This document shows, one piece after another, positions 1 through 12,623 of a stretch of 64,000 nucleotides of DNA. Both the position numbers and the translations under genes were made by a program. Within the stretch, counting starts at the first letter, position 1. Each line of letters begins with the position of its first letter. A model generated the notes under the pieces. That model saw only the letters and a program-made list of their open reading frames with translations, was not told where the DNA came from and made no database searches. Source of the stretch: Podarcis cretensis (Eukaryota); contig OX638162.1 of assembly GCA_951804945.1 (NCBI GenBank), positions 30,070,001 to 30,134,000 on the forward strand, written 5' to 3'.

Positions 1-1539
1 GCCATGCAGACTTCTTTTGAGCAAGAATTCCAAAGATCCGGAGCCACTCCTAAAAAGGCCTCATCTCTAATGCCTGTTAGCCTGCTGTATCTGGCCATGA
101 GCCTGCAAGGAAGGCTTCTGGGGCCCAGGCAGCTTCATATGCAGGTGGTCCATCAAATAAAACCAACATTCAAACCATTTAGGGATGGAAAGGTCCAGAT
201 TAGCATTTTAAATTGAGCCCAGAAGCAAATCAGAGCTAAAGGCATCTGGTATGTAGTAGTGGTCACTTATTTATTTATATTTTTAAAAAAGTAATTCTAA
301 ACTATTTCAAAAATCTCTAAATAATGTACGTTATATACAATATAAAAACTAAAATACAGCCAATAAGACAATCTAAACACCTATAAAAGTAAATCAAGCA
401 GAAACTTAGGGTGTTCATACCCATAAAACAGGGTCCAAACCTATTGATCAGGGAAAGCCTAGGCTTCTTCTATGCTTTTTTATGCTCTCCTCCACATGCA
501 TTCCGTTTCACGTGAAGTCTCTATAGGCAGCCCCACATGGAGTGCATTACAACAGTCTAGTCATCTACTATAACATACCGTATTCTGCACTGGGGTCCCT
601 TGGAAGAGTTTGATCAATTGATCTAAAGAAATCTAAGGGAACCGGAAATCTGACATCTCCTCAATACCCTGCCTGGCCCTTGAGACATGGTGCACCAGAT
701 CAAGACGTTAGATGGCGCTAGAGCTCTGGACTAAGCTATGCATACTGTGGCTGGGAGTTCTTTGCATCCTCCCTGCCCATAGTTAAATTTATTGCAAGAA
801 AACCCCAGCCCCACCTCTACTTCTGCCTTCAAACACCCATGCAAATGGGGGAGGGTTCCACTCTTGCCCTTTGGAGAGGGGGCAGACTAGAAGCTGGGCA
901 AGGAGAAAACCCTTGGCCCTGCAAGTGGACAGGAACTCCTCTCTTTGTGGCTGACAATGTGTGCCAGGCCAATGGCTCCAGCAGGGCCAGACAAAGCACA
1001 AAGCCATCATCTGTTCTGGATTCCTGCATACCATTCTGATGGCTGCTGGGATTTGGCTCTGTGGCCGACCATGTGAAAAAAAAGAGAGAGTTTGACCCTG
1101 GAGGGGGGCAGTTTTGCCATCATCCATTCACTTCTTGGCACTGCCCAGAAACCTGTGGGGCTCAACTGATGAGCCCCCACTCTTTTTCCAGGAAGATGTC
1201 CACTCCTTTTCTGATTCTGCTGGTGGTGGTCTGCTTTTGCAGCACTTCACAGCAACTAGACCTACCTGTAGGATGACCTGTCAGTAGCTGATGGGTCAAA
1301 GAGAACTAGAAAAACAAGAGTCACCCACCCCCAAATGCCTAGGAATCTCTGACTGTGATGGGTGCAGTGATGTCAGCTTTGCAAGGTGGATGGGTGGCAC
1401 CCACACAGAGGAGGGAGCGCAGACACAAGGTGGGTGACCTAGTGAGCCTTCAGGTAATGTTTTGTAGATGGAGCCACTCAACTCCTGCAGTCCTCATCTG
1501 ACTCATCTCCTTGCATTTGAACAATTCTCATCCTAAAGG

Positions 1540-1970
1540 AGGGGCTGCACCTGGACTAGATTTTTTAAAACTTGTTCATTAATAAACTGCTCAGAGAAGT
1601 CATGCAAGCTTTGGGGATTTGATGCTACTGAGATGTGGGTGACCCCCAACTCTATATTTCCTTCCCATCTAAATCCATTATTTCCCCCCCCCCCAACTCC
1701 TACATTAGCATTTGCAGTTAGCATTGGATCAGAAAAGGGCTAACAAAATAATGCTTAATCCCAACAAGACAGATGTTTTCCTAGTCACAGAATGGCAGCT
1801 CAGGGAATGGGGATTCAGTCTGCCTTGGCTGAAGCTGCATCCCCCTTGAAAGCTCAGGTTTGCAGCTTGGAATGCTCCTGGATCCAGCCTTGGACACAGA
1901 TGTCCAGGTCCTGGCGATGTCCAGGAGCAGCTTTGCTCAGGTGAGATCAGTGGGCCAATTGCATATGGTG
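1540..1970 (+). mobile_element. L2 LINE reverse-transcriptase relic
   Basis: Degenerate YADDTQLYISF-like and LNPNKT motifs. Further L2 relics at ~120-240(-), ~520-565(-), ~9560-9730(+), ~18150-18370(+), ~44770-45050(+). Confidence 0.65.
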
Positions 1971-2019
1971 AATTCCTTTTGATGGATCTTTAGGAAAGTG
2001 GGGGGGAGGGAATCTCCCT

Positions 2020-2314
2020 ATATTGTAATGACTTGGTGCAACCACACTTGGAATATTGTGTACTGTTCTGGTTTATGTACCTCAAAAAGGCTATTGTAGA
2101 GCTGGAAAAGGTGCAGAAATGGGCAACCCAAATGAAGGAGGGAAGGGGTTGGCACAACTCCCCTATACAGAAAGGTGACATAGTTTATGGGGTGTTCTGC
2201 CCAAGTGATCCATTGAAATGAATAAACCTAAGGTAGTCATGTTTAATAATGTCAACCTTCTAAGTCTTTTTAGTTTAAGAAAAGGGTAAGCAGTGTGTGT
2301 GTTGGGGTGGGGGT

Positions 2315-2356
<42 letters not shown>

Positions 2357-2600
2357 TGCTAAACAGATATAACATTCAGCATGGTATGGCAAAATTAGAT
2401 ACACAGAAGTTTTTCTCCCTTTCTCATGATAGTAGAAACCAGTGGGTGTCATTCAATAAGGCTGAATGTTGGATGATTCAGGACAGACAAAAGGAAGGAC
2501 TTTCCCCCAAAATATATAGTGGAGCCATGGAATTTGATGTCCCAAGATGTTCACCAATGTAGATGGCACTGAAGGAGAATTATTAAACAAATCCATGAAC
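2020..2600 (+). mobile_element. CR1 LINE relic interrupted by a (GA)n microsatellite
   Basis: LVQPHLEYCVLFW...LKKAIVELEKVQKWAT is the CR1 ORF2 C-terminal motif. Other CR1 3' pieces at ~4085-4250, ~22050-22225, ~24830-25030. Confidence 0.8.
2317..2353. repeat. (GA)n microsatellite
   Basis: Seen directly. Confidence 0.95.
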
Positions 2601-4649
2601 GCTCTTTATGGCTACCAGTCAGGCTACCTGTACACAAACCTTCATGATCAAAAGATTTTGAATACCTGGGGCTGGACCTCTGAGAAACAAGATGCTGGCC
2701 TAGACATCTTATGTGCTTGTAACTCCATTTAAAGTTTTAAAATTTTAATTCTCCTCAGTTGGCGGCAAAATACAAAACTATTTTTTGGCTTTAGGAACAA
2801 AACCCAGTTCTAGTACTTTATCATATACTTAGGGAAAGTCTCCCTTTCTTTCTTTTCCGCGCAGTCTTTCAAGGTAGCTACGAGCATTTTAAGAGGGTAC
2901 ATCTTCTTGGAGGGCATTTGGAGGAGAGGCCCGATTGCTGCTATTAAATGTTGCTTAGTGATTTGTTGTTCTTTTAATGGACTGTGTTTTTTATGGATTT
3001 TTATTTACTTGTTCTATTGGGAATTACTCTGTAGCTTAGGGAAATAATACAAAGTTTTTAAAAATACCATGAAGAAAGCAGCCTTAAAATGATCAAGTAC
3101 AGGAAATGAGTCTCTCCTCCAGAACTCCATGAGGTGTGCCTTTGGGAATGCAAAATTATTTGCATCTGGAGTGCAAAATCCACTCCAAAATTTGCATAGC
3201 AGGTTGGCCTCCTACACTGGGTCTACTCTGGCTACTTTGGAACCACAGTGGAAGCAGTTGCCTTATACAGAACCAGACCAATGGGGTCCATCAAACTCAG
3301 TTTTTTATACACTGACTGGCAGCAATGAGACTCCAGGATGTCAGGGGACATTCCCAGGTCTACCTGGAGGTGTCATCAAGGACTAAGCCTGGGACCTTTT
3401 GCAGACAAAGGAGGTGACCTAAGGACTGAGACACTACTACCCTTCACCTTTCAGAGCTGGAGAAGCAGGCAAGCGATTCTGGATGCAAACTCTGGCTGTA
3501 TCCTTCTGCATAACTAACCCAGTCCTTACCCTCAGAGGTAATTTTACTGTACCTTGCCTTTATGTCTGAAGGAAGATTTAATAATTCAGTCCTACACACA
3601 CTTACCTGGAAGTAAGTTCCAGATAACTCAATGTGGCTTACTTCTGAGTAGCCAAGCCTAGGGTTGCAACCAGGCCTCCTGGCTCCCTGTAATGCCCTGC
3701 AACCTTTGGCAATCAAATTGATTTTCTTCTCTAGTGTTGAAGCGTTTGCAATGGATGGCCACAGGATGCCACTGGAAGCTTCTGCATGAGGAAGCAGCAT
3801 CCCCACCCCAAGATTTGGCTTCCATTCCATTGTGCCTGATAAAGAGGGGTGTATGACTCAAAAGCCTGTATCTCCTCCATACCAGCCAGCTGATCCAATA
3901 AAGATAATGCCTTGCTTAGGGCACAATCCAGTCAAAGCTAAGCACCTTTAAGCCCCACTGATTTGTTCTTAGACAGATGTTCCAGTAGCTTCAGATAGTG
4001 ACTTTCACAGATTGTCCACATGCAGGAAGAAAAGTCTTCCATCAGCAGGAGGCTTCTGGGGCCTCCTTTCTTTGGCTCAGCCAGGATGGTCCAGGCCAGA
4101 CAAAAGGAAGGACTCCTTCACACAGCAGCACAGAGTTAAACCCTGAAATTCACTCCTAGGGGAGGCAGTGATGGTGGCCACAAATGGAGAAAACTTGAAA
4201 AGAGGAGTGGACAACTTCATGGAGGGGGATAAGGTTACCAATTAGTGCAAGCAAAATGGCTGTGTCCCCCCCCCCCGGGTCAGGATGCTGAGGAAATGTG
4301 GAGGAACACTGTGCTCTTGTCCTGCTTTTGAGCTTCCCCTTGGGGCATCTGCTTGGCCACTGTGAGAACAGAGTACAGTACCAGCTGAGCCCCCTTAGGC
4401 CTGACCTTGCAGCTGCAGGGCTCCTCTAAAGTGCTTAGGACCCTTGATGTGGGAAGGGGCTTCCAAGAGGCAGTGGGACTGGGGTGGGTCAGAGTGAGAG
4501 AGAGCTTGACCTGACTGGCAGACAAGATGATGCTTGGCACTCAGTCCGGCCTCAGCCCCAGCAGCACCCTGCTGCTGGCATCCTCACTGGCACCAGAGGG
4601 TGGGGCACCCATGTTGGAAGAAGAGGGGGAACTCCACGGGACTAAGCTG

Positions 4650-5850
4650 AGACATCTAAGCAACAACGCGGGGAACGACGGGGGCTGGGCAAGCAGGCCA
4701 GAAGAAAGCATGTGCGGGGGGGGGGCAGCCCATCCCCTCGGGCAGTGCTTCTTTCCAATCCATCGAGGGCATCTCCGGCAGCGTTCAAGAGCTCTTGGAG
4801 AACATCCCCCCTCCCGCACCGCTTCTGGAAGCATCGGTGTCTGAGAAGGCGGGGGCTGGTCCCGGAGGAGGCGTGCTCCCAAGGGGTCCGGCAGGCCGGA
4901 GGCCGCCAAGCTGACTCCCTGCGCCCCCCACCCCCACCCCACGCGGCACTTGGAGCAGGCGGGCGCCAGCTGCAAAATTTGCCGCAGTGTGCGCGCCTCG
5001 CGTGCGCGCTCAAGAGCCTCCGCCACCGCGTCCCCCCTCCCCGGCAAAGGCGAAAGGGGGCGCTGGCCGGACCCTTTCCCGGAGGCCTTGGTGAGCAGGC
5101 TAGCCAACCAGCCTGCGAGCTGCCCCCTCCGGAGCAAAAGTACCAGCGCCTCCGCCTTCCAGTCCCAGGAGGGCTAGCTGGCCCATCTGCCCAAGACCAG
5201 TCCCCCGCCCCCCCGGGCAGGGATACCCCTCGGGGCACGTCCCCGCGGGGGGAAGCAATGAAGCCGGGGTGGGGGGGGAGCGGGCAGCAGCTGCGGACGA
5301 GGATGCTGCTGCGCCCCCTCCCTCCTCTCCTCCCTCCGCTCCCTTCCGGAGGTCGGGCATGCGGGGTGCAGCCCCCCTTCCGTCCCCCGACGGGCCTCCT
5401 CTCGGCCCGTGCGATGCGCGGAGGGCTCTGGCCACCCTCGTCCTCCCAGGATCCCACCCCTCTGACCGGCCGCGGCCGGTCCCATCCCCGCTCCCCCCAC
5501 CCCATGCACGTACCCGGTGAGGTGGCGACGCGTCCCTCCGCCCTCGGCTGCCCTCCACGACGATGCCGGATGGGCCTGGGCTGCGCCAGGCAGCTGCTGT
5601 CAGTGCAAAGCGGCGGCGGCGGCGGCGAAGTGGGGGGGGGGAGGAGGAGGGGGCGGAGCTGCTCCCCCCCCCGCTCCGGCAGCCTTAACCCCTCGTGAGC
5701 CGCGGCAAGGCCCAAGGCCTCCGAAATGCCCAAGCGCACGACTGAGCAGGAAAGGGGCAAGAGAGGGCTGGAAGTGGGGGGCGTTGCACGGCTCTTCCCC
5801 AGGACGGGAGCTCGCTCAGGTTGTGGATGCAAAAGGAGCCACTCCACTTC
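4650..5850. promoter_or_regulatory. Intragenic CpG island in MAP1A intron 2; probable alternative promoter
   Basis: Dense CpG and GC boxes; minus-strand donor CGG|GTACGT at 5514/5513. Confidence 0.7.
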
Positions 5851-8257
5851 CCTCCTGCAAGACCAGGGGAAAGGGAGCCCGCAAGTGCTGTTCTAGAGGA
5901 TGCATCAAGTCGTCTCCAAATTAAGTCTCGTTGTTTCCAATGGGGCTTCCTCCCAAGTCACCGAAACGGGCTGCTGTGAAAAGGGAAGAGAAGCCAGATT
6001 CCCTGGGAAATGTGGGGAGCTGTTTCCACACAAGAAAATGATGCCCATCTGCAGAGAGAATTATTTTTTTGTGCGGAGCAGGATTTGACATGCCTGAGCT
6101 GAGCCCCCATTTGGATGTGCTTTAGCATACATCCAGTGTCACCATTTGGTGCCCAAAGGGAACCACAACAGGAGACATCCTCCCATCATTAAACCATGCT
6201 TGGTCGTCATCTTGGGCCTGGAAATGAACATACAGATCCCATATGATTAAGAGAACCGAAATGAATTACAGGTCCTCTTAACTCCAGTTGCTGCCCGGAG
6301 GGTCTGCTAAGCTCTGCCAGGCTGCTCATAAATAAAAAGACAAGAGAGATGGGAGGAGTTCGGGGGCTTGAAGCAAGAAATTCTACTTCCGTGGCTAGGA
6401 AGCCACTCTGGCCTGGGAGTGCTGTTCACGGCTGTTGGAAGGATTTGCTGGCCTGGAAGGAAGCGGAGGGGTTGCCACATTCAGAGCAATTGGCAACAAG
6501 AAGCCTTTCAATTGGCCAGGCCTAGTATGTGCTTGGCCACTTCTGGTATAGCTTCTGCCTGTCAAGCCCAACTCAAACCTGGTCTAAATTAAGGTATCTA
6601 GGGAGATGTCCAACCTGGTCCAGGCAAGGGATGCATTTAGTGGACTAGTTCTGCTAAGGTTAACAAGAACAGGAAAGCAGTTAAAATGTTGCTGTTCTTA
6701 CTGATTAATTAATTTACATGTAGCACCACCATTAAGAAATCACCATTAAAAAACACTAATTCTTAATGCTGCCATTTCTGAGGTCTTATTCTTCTTTTGT
6801 GTAGAGGCTGGCCTGCTCATCTTACTCAAGATGTGGAAGATCAGATATTGTCCCAGAATATCTCTAGCAGTGGCAAACACACTTGAGTTGTACTTCTCTG
6901 TCCAGCACTGAGAAAGCTGAACAGGGAGACTGGGACATCATCTCCATCAGTATAATGTATTCCAGCGAATGCAGCAAAACTCCAGGAAATTAAGACATCT
7001 ACAGAACAGGATATCCAGCTGATTCCTGACAGATGACCAGCACATAAAAACTTGGTGCCTGTGAGGGTAGAGATATGATTTTCAGCTTGGGAAATACAAT
7101 TGTGTCTTAGAAGGGCTTTGTATATAATGGAATTCCAGCCTCTTCATGCAAGAGAGTAATAGGGAAAATTTCATGCCTCACCTACAGGAGTTGACAGGTG
7201 CCTATAACTGACTTGGAAGTGCATGTACTGAGCTGCAATGAGTACACAATCCAGGGAGGTTCTATATGGAAGCGTGTGATACTGGCTTATCTCATAAGAA
7301 ACAACAATTGCAAAAAAATATTACTTCACCCCAACTCCCCAATAAACATTGTATAGGTGTGTCATTCTCCTTCCCTCTCTTTGCAAAGATCAGGGGTGAG
7401 TACAGATCTGCATGAAGGCAAAACAGCACCATCCACTAGGGATGGGTGGGTATCATTATTTCAGTTTATCAGTTTTCCAGTCTTAAATTCAGATTTCCAC
7501 AGATTAAATTCAGATTTCAGATTGCTTCATATCCACGGAACCTGTGGTCACGGAACCTGTGGTCAGTTGGCAAATAAGGCATAAGGAGAGTAGGAGGTGG
7601 GCAGCTTGGCCTCTGTGCTGCTGTCTCCTCTTCCAGTCTCTCTTGATCCATTTCACTCCACTTTTCCCAGCAAAAGAGAGACACCCAGATACAGAAAAGA
7701 AAGAGATGACCATTGTGTTGATAGGCTAAACTGCTCGAGGGATGAAAGTAAGAGTGACCTATAGAAATTAATGGAGAAGTCCAATATTTTAATATAGATA
7801 GATTTGGGCAGCAGTGTGTCCATCCACCCTCCAAAAAAATGTTAGAGCAGAAACTCTTTCCTTTATTGCAAATTCATTTCTTATTTAGTGTGAAACATTT
7901 TTAAATTATCCCTGCTAATACAAACTCCAAAGCAAATACTGTTCATTAACCCCTTGGCAGGGGTTGTGGCTAGCAGGGAGTGGCAGCGCAGCTCACACTG
8001 AATCCACAGCTGTTAGGCCCCTGTTGCAGGTTGGGTGGAAGCTGAGAGTGCAGCTTACACTTTTGCCATGATATCCATCATTTTATGCTTGCATTGCAGA
8101 CTGAGCTGGGAAGCATTAAAACAAGGAGCAGCTCACTGTTATACCCCTATTGCTGACTGGAAGACTGTGGCAAGACAGAGTAGTGTATGGCAGACCTTCA
8201 ATGCTCTTAATATTTCAGGTCACCAGCAGGGCTGAGACAGATTTGGATTCTCATATT

Positions 8258-8975
8258 TGTCAGGTTGCAGCAAATCTGTGATACACTCAGCTCTCCATCG
8301 TGGCCTAGCCAAGCACTCGGCTGCGTGTAGAAGATGTGGGACATTAGCAGCCAAACCTTAGAAATACATATTCTTGCTAGTTAGCATGAGAAGGGGCTAA
8401 CACCACAGAGCTGTATTGTTGACAGGCAGATGCTCAGACCATAGAAATACAATTGGTAGACATTTCCCCCTCCTTTGCTGTAGAAGGCGCATGTAGCATT
8501 TCCTGCTTCTTCCTCCCTCCCTTTCTTTCTTTGACAAGCGTTGGATACATACAAAGCTTTGGGCACATGGCTGAGGCTGGTTATACTGTAGATATGAATA
8601 CATGTTTTACCTGCATAGTTTTTACTGCTGCCTTTACTGTGAACCAGTGGAAGGTTATAAAGTAAGTAAATCTTGTTTTAAACTTACTTTACAAGTTGTT
8701 TCTTGATTCTTTCTTAAGTGGGGTAAGAAACAGAAAACCAGGTTATTTCATAGCTGAACTTGCTCAAAAGTAGGCTTTACTGTGGACTTTAAAAGTAGGC
8801 ATTAAAGTAGACCCTCCTTCTATGGAGCTTTTTAAGCAGAGGTTGGATGACCATCTGTCATGGATGACCCTTGGGATTCCTTCCAACTCTACAATTCTAT
8901 GATTCTACAGCCTAATTCTTATGCTTTAAATTTTTGCTGCCAAGGATGGGATTTTAAAACTCTGTTCAACCTACA
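8258..8975 (+). mobile_element. Possible degraded solo LTR with an internal CR1 3' end (~8812-8907)
   Basis: tgtcaggttg...caacctaca ends, AGTAAA signal near 8665; TSD is not clean. The inner piece ends with the CR1 (ATTCTATG) tail. Confidence 0.4.
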
Positions 8976-9890
8976 CACGTGGGAGCCAGAAGGGATAAAT
9001 TGCAGTTACCGGTAATATATCCTCTCCTACCCATAAAACTCATCCTACAGAAGCCTCCTGTTCCATTGACTTGCATGGAGACTTTGAAATGTTAAAGAGG
9101 TGATGACACATGAGCTGAAATCTCCAGGGATCTTGCAGCCCAGAACCTGTTAGAAGCAAGATTGAGCTCTGTGTAGATCTAGCCATGAACCAAAGGCCAG
9201 GATACCATGGGTAATGAGCTGCACACAAACTCCTGACTCTCTTGCTATCCTTCCATGAAGGGAAAGCACCAGGAGACAGGCCTGTTTACATCTTTTCCTG
9301 CATCTCTGACTTCTTGCATTCTTCAGGGTTGTCTCGCCTTGCTTTAAACAAGCTGCTTCCCCAATTCTTTCATCAGTACTGACCATGGTTGCATGTAAAG
9401 AAGTGGATGTCAGTCACCAGAGCTTAGAAAAATAAATGAGACGTCAACAAAGAGTGTTATGGCAGTGCACACTCTTGGAAGTGCAACACTCTTTGTTGAC
9501 ATCTCTTTCTTTCTTAGTTCAGTTTGCTCTTTGAGATGTAGTAACATCCTTCCATGAATTAACTCCTGTGGTTTTGAAGTCTCTTTTCCATGGCTACCTC
9601 TTCTCAGGTTTCTCCTTCCATTTGGAGACCTGATAGTTCTCTGTTCTCAGCCTCCTCCCTTTTGTTTCTTCTAGGCTACCTCTATGGTGTTATGCTGATG
9701 ATATCTAAATTGATCTTTCCACCCTTCTCTCTTTATTCCTACAAGGCCAAAGGCCTTTTGGCACCATCCTGAAGGATGCCCAATTTCAGGCTGCATCTTG
9801 GGGCAGGGAGAGCACTGACCAGGGCAGCAGCTTCAGCTTTATTTAAAAAAAGAAAAAGAAAAAGAAAAAGAAAAAAAGAATAGTTGTAGG

Positions 9891-9999
9891 CAGTGCTATT
9901 TTTCTAGAAAAAGAGGTGCCGGAACTCACCTGGAACACCTCCCCTTGTTCTCTTATAATGGCAATGGGCCCACCTGAGAGGTGCCAGAACTGAGCACTG
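9891..9999. mobile_element. hAT-type MITE
   Basis: cagtgct...agcactg termini; perfect 8-bp TSD gttgtagg (9883-9890, 10000-10007). Confidence 0.85.
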
Positions 10000-10322
10000 G
10001 TTGTAGGAGATGTTGGCTCAGAAGAAGCTGCCAATACCCTGCTTCCGTCTCCTCAGGATGCCTACCATGACCCTGAACCCAAGCCGTTACCAGGAATCTT
10101 GAAGCAGAAGTGGAGAAGCCTGCTGCACCAGGCATAGCAGGAATACAAACAGAAAAGGGGCTAAACTTCAATTCCCAACAATGAGCCTTAGTCTGTATCT
10201 GACCGCCCTGTCACAGACAACTCCACAAAGATGGCACTTCCGGAGCCTAATTCCCACAAGGAACCCTTGACACCCCACCCCTACCCTACTCTCAAGCACG
10301 GGCAATACAGAAAGCGGGAAAG

Positions 10323-10341
10323 GATGATGATGATGATGATG

Positions 10342-10389
<48 letters not shown>

Positions 10390-10390
10390 T
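10323..10390. repeat. Compound (GAT)n(AAT)n microsatellite
   Basis: Seen directly; causes the poly-M/I and poly-Y/H artefact ORFs. Confidence 0.95.
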
Positions 10391-10532
10391 TTATATGCCA
10401 CTCATCTGGATTCGGTTACCCCAGCCACAGGGGTGATAGGTGGGATCCAGGCCAAAGGACTGGCTTCAGGGAGTCTCCACTCTTGAGGATCTGGGGGAGA
10501 GACTGAAGGAGTGGGGAGATCTGGCCCAAGAC

Positions 10533-11480
10533 CAGGGGTCCTCAAACTACGGTCCATAGGTCAGATTCGGCCCGCCAGGGTCCTAAATCCAACTTGCCCA
10601 GCCATTGCAGAACCCAAAAGAGAAGAGGAAGCAGTGGAGGGGAGGGAAGGAGGGTGTTTATGAGGCACCTGCTGCCTGCCTCAGCCCTCCCACTCCTCCT
10701 CAGCTGGACTGCTCTCCTCCTGCGAACGGTGGTGGGGGCGCAGTGGGGCCGGACCATGCAGTGGCAGTGGAGCCTCCTTCCTGTGAGGAGAAGCAAGGGG
10801 GCTCACCTCCTCATCCCCCCTCACTTGAATGGGCAGGTGTTTTATTTTTGGGGGGTGGGGGAGGAAAGGTGAGGAGGGTTCTCCCCCCTTCCACAACCAC
10901 TTCCCTCCTAAGGGTCAGGAAAGGGGAGGGGGTGAGCCGGATGTTTAGGGGGGTGCTTTTGGGTGGGAGGTTGTGTGGAGCAAACACCCCCCTTCCCCAA
11001 TGCTGCTCAGGCCCCCTGCTGACAAGCTGCGTGGTCTCCACTGTCATCCCTCAACTGCCATAGCCTTGGGGTGGGATAGCAGGCATCTCTTTCCCTCCCT
11101 CTTGCTCCCACAGGAATATCTCGCCCTTTCCCCTTCAAAGGTGCGTGTATTGAAATGGGAGTTTGTGTGTAACAGCACATTTTCGTAGCCTTCGGTGGCC
11201 TAACCCCAAAATATTATATGCAAATGCAGGAACTTCGAGAGGGGATCCCTCTACCCCACCTCACCCCCAGCTTGGGCCTGGCTTGTTTATGTTGATTAAA
11301 ATTGTTCTTCATTTTAAATATTGTATTGTTTTTTCCTGTTTTTTGTGCACTACAAATAAAATACTTGCAGTGTGCATAGGAATTCGTTCGTGTGTTTTTT
11401 TTTCAAACTATAGTCCGGCCCCCAACAGTGCCTGAGGGACAGTGAACTGGCCCCCTGTTTAAAAAGTTTGAAGACCCCAG
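10533..11480. mobile_element. Non-autonomous hAT-Charlie element, OposCharlie1 (OC1)-like
   Basis: TIRs CAGGGGTCCTCAAACT / AGTTTGAAGACCCCAG; subterminal ggaattcgttc...gagggacagtgaactggccccctgtttaaaaag as recalled for OC1; degenerate 8-bp TSD (5/8). Confidence 0.75.
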
Positions 11481-11532
11481 CCGTATACAAACATAATGTC
11501 AGTGGAGTGCAGCACCTCCAAGCTGCCAGTTT

Positions 11533-11553
11533 GGAGCTGTCCATGGTGCTGTG
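11533..11553 (-). promoter_or_regulatory. RE1/NRSE (REST) site in MAP1A intron 2
   Basis: Minus strand cacagcaccatggacagctcc versus consensus TTCAGCACCACGGACAGCGCC; both half-sites and the spacer are intact. Confidence 0.8.
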
Positions 11554-11836
11554 ACTGCAGCCTGAGGCTGCTTCCTAGCCCTCAACTTGGATTCCCTCCC
11601 CCAACTTGGAGGAGCCCATTGTGCCCCATAGACTCTCCCTTGGAGCTGGGTCAGATGCCACTAGCATCCCAGTGCACTCTAGGAAAGAGTAAGGCTGGCA
11701 GCAGGCAGAGCTCTGCTCCTATTTCTGAAGCCACCAGGAGACAGCACATCACCCCAGAAGCCTCCCTCAAGCCTGACAGTAGCTCTGGGCACAAATGCAA
11801 ATCTCAAAAATTAAGATAAACAAGGTGGGCACTGAC

Positions 11837-11938
11837 CTTTGACCTCTGATGAAAAATGTGCAAGATGACGTGTAACAAACAGTCTCAGTTGCTGATTAAG
11901 GTCACAGGAAGAGAGGTCAATGTCCCATGAGCGAAGAC
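11837..11938 (-). CDS. MAP1A: MAP1A coding exon 2 (102 bp)
   Basis: ctttctctcaacag acceptor and gtcagt donor; phase 1-1. Encodes (G)LRSWDIDLSSCDLNQQLRLFVTRHLAHFSSEVK(G), the conserved MAP1A exon-2 peptide. Exon 3 was not found in 1-11836. Confidence 0.95.
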
Positions 11939-12623
11939 CTGTTGAGAGAAAGGGAGAGAGGAATGAGTTCATGTGCTCTCCTGGAAGAGACCAAAGGTGT
12001 ACACTATGATTCTGAGGAACACAGGCCTGACTTGTACCTTGGGTGAGGAAGTGGGTTCAACCACCCAGTAGGAACAAGAGTCCTTTTCTGTGCATTGGAT
12101 GCTTTGCTCCTTGGATGAGAGTCCAACTCTAGTCCAAGCTTCTACTGCCTAATCACTTTCCCAAAGCCCCTGAGCATCCTGATAGCCTCAGAGTTCGCTC
12201 TTTAATCCACGTAATCTATGAGGGCTAATCACCTTCCTATCCCAGCAGGGTGCTCAGTCTGTCCTTCCAAACAGAAGTTTAGCCTCTCCAGGTAATCCAT
12301 GTGGCTTCCCCATCGTGCGGTGGGAGTCACCTTCAGGTCCATGAGGTGAGTTTCTTCCACACTGTCCAGAGAATATTCCTTCATAGGGACTGTTTGCCTC
12401 AGCCAAATGGCACTATGGAAAGCTGAAGAATGGGCTTGTGTATGCCCTATTTCATTTAGCACAGATTTATACTACACTGCAGTGATGTACACTGCACTGA
12501 CCAGCTTCATCAATGCTGATCAGCTTCATCGATGTTGCCTTGCTGACCAAAGCAGTTTTAGTCCTAAAAGTAGGCCAGAAGTGAGATGAAAGAAGTCCAT
12601 AACATCAGACCATTTAGAAATAT

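Noticed and set aside
3448-3506. Minus-strand AG...GT segment as MAP1A exon 3
   Set aside because: Translation does not resemble the expected GQRTLCHQSEILETIILVNPS peptide.
4541-5924. Long overlapping ORFs (198-401 aa) in the intronic CpG island
   Set aside because: Open on both strands because GC-rich DNA lacks stops; low-complexity P/G/R/A with no recognisable domain.
6790-7401. Plus-strand acceptor/donor-like sites suggesting an antisense transcript
   Set aside because: Isolated motifs with no ORF or other support.
7480-7565. Short direct duplications (cacggaacctgtggt x2; ttaaattcagattt x2)
   Set aside because: Local slippage inside a probable old DNA-transposon relic; not an array.
10168-10506. 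Poly-Tyr/His and poly-Met/Ile ORFs
   Set aside because: Translations of a microsatellite.
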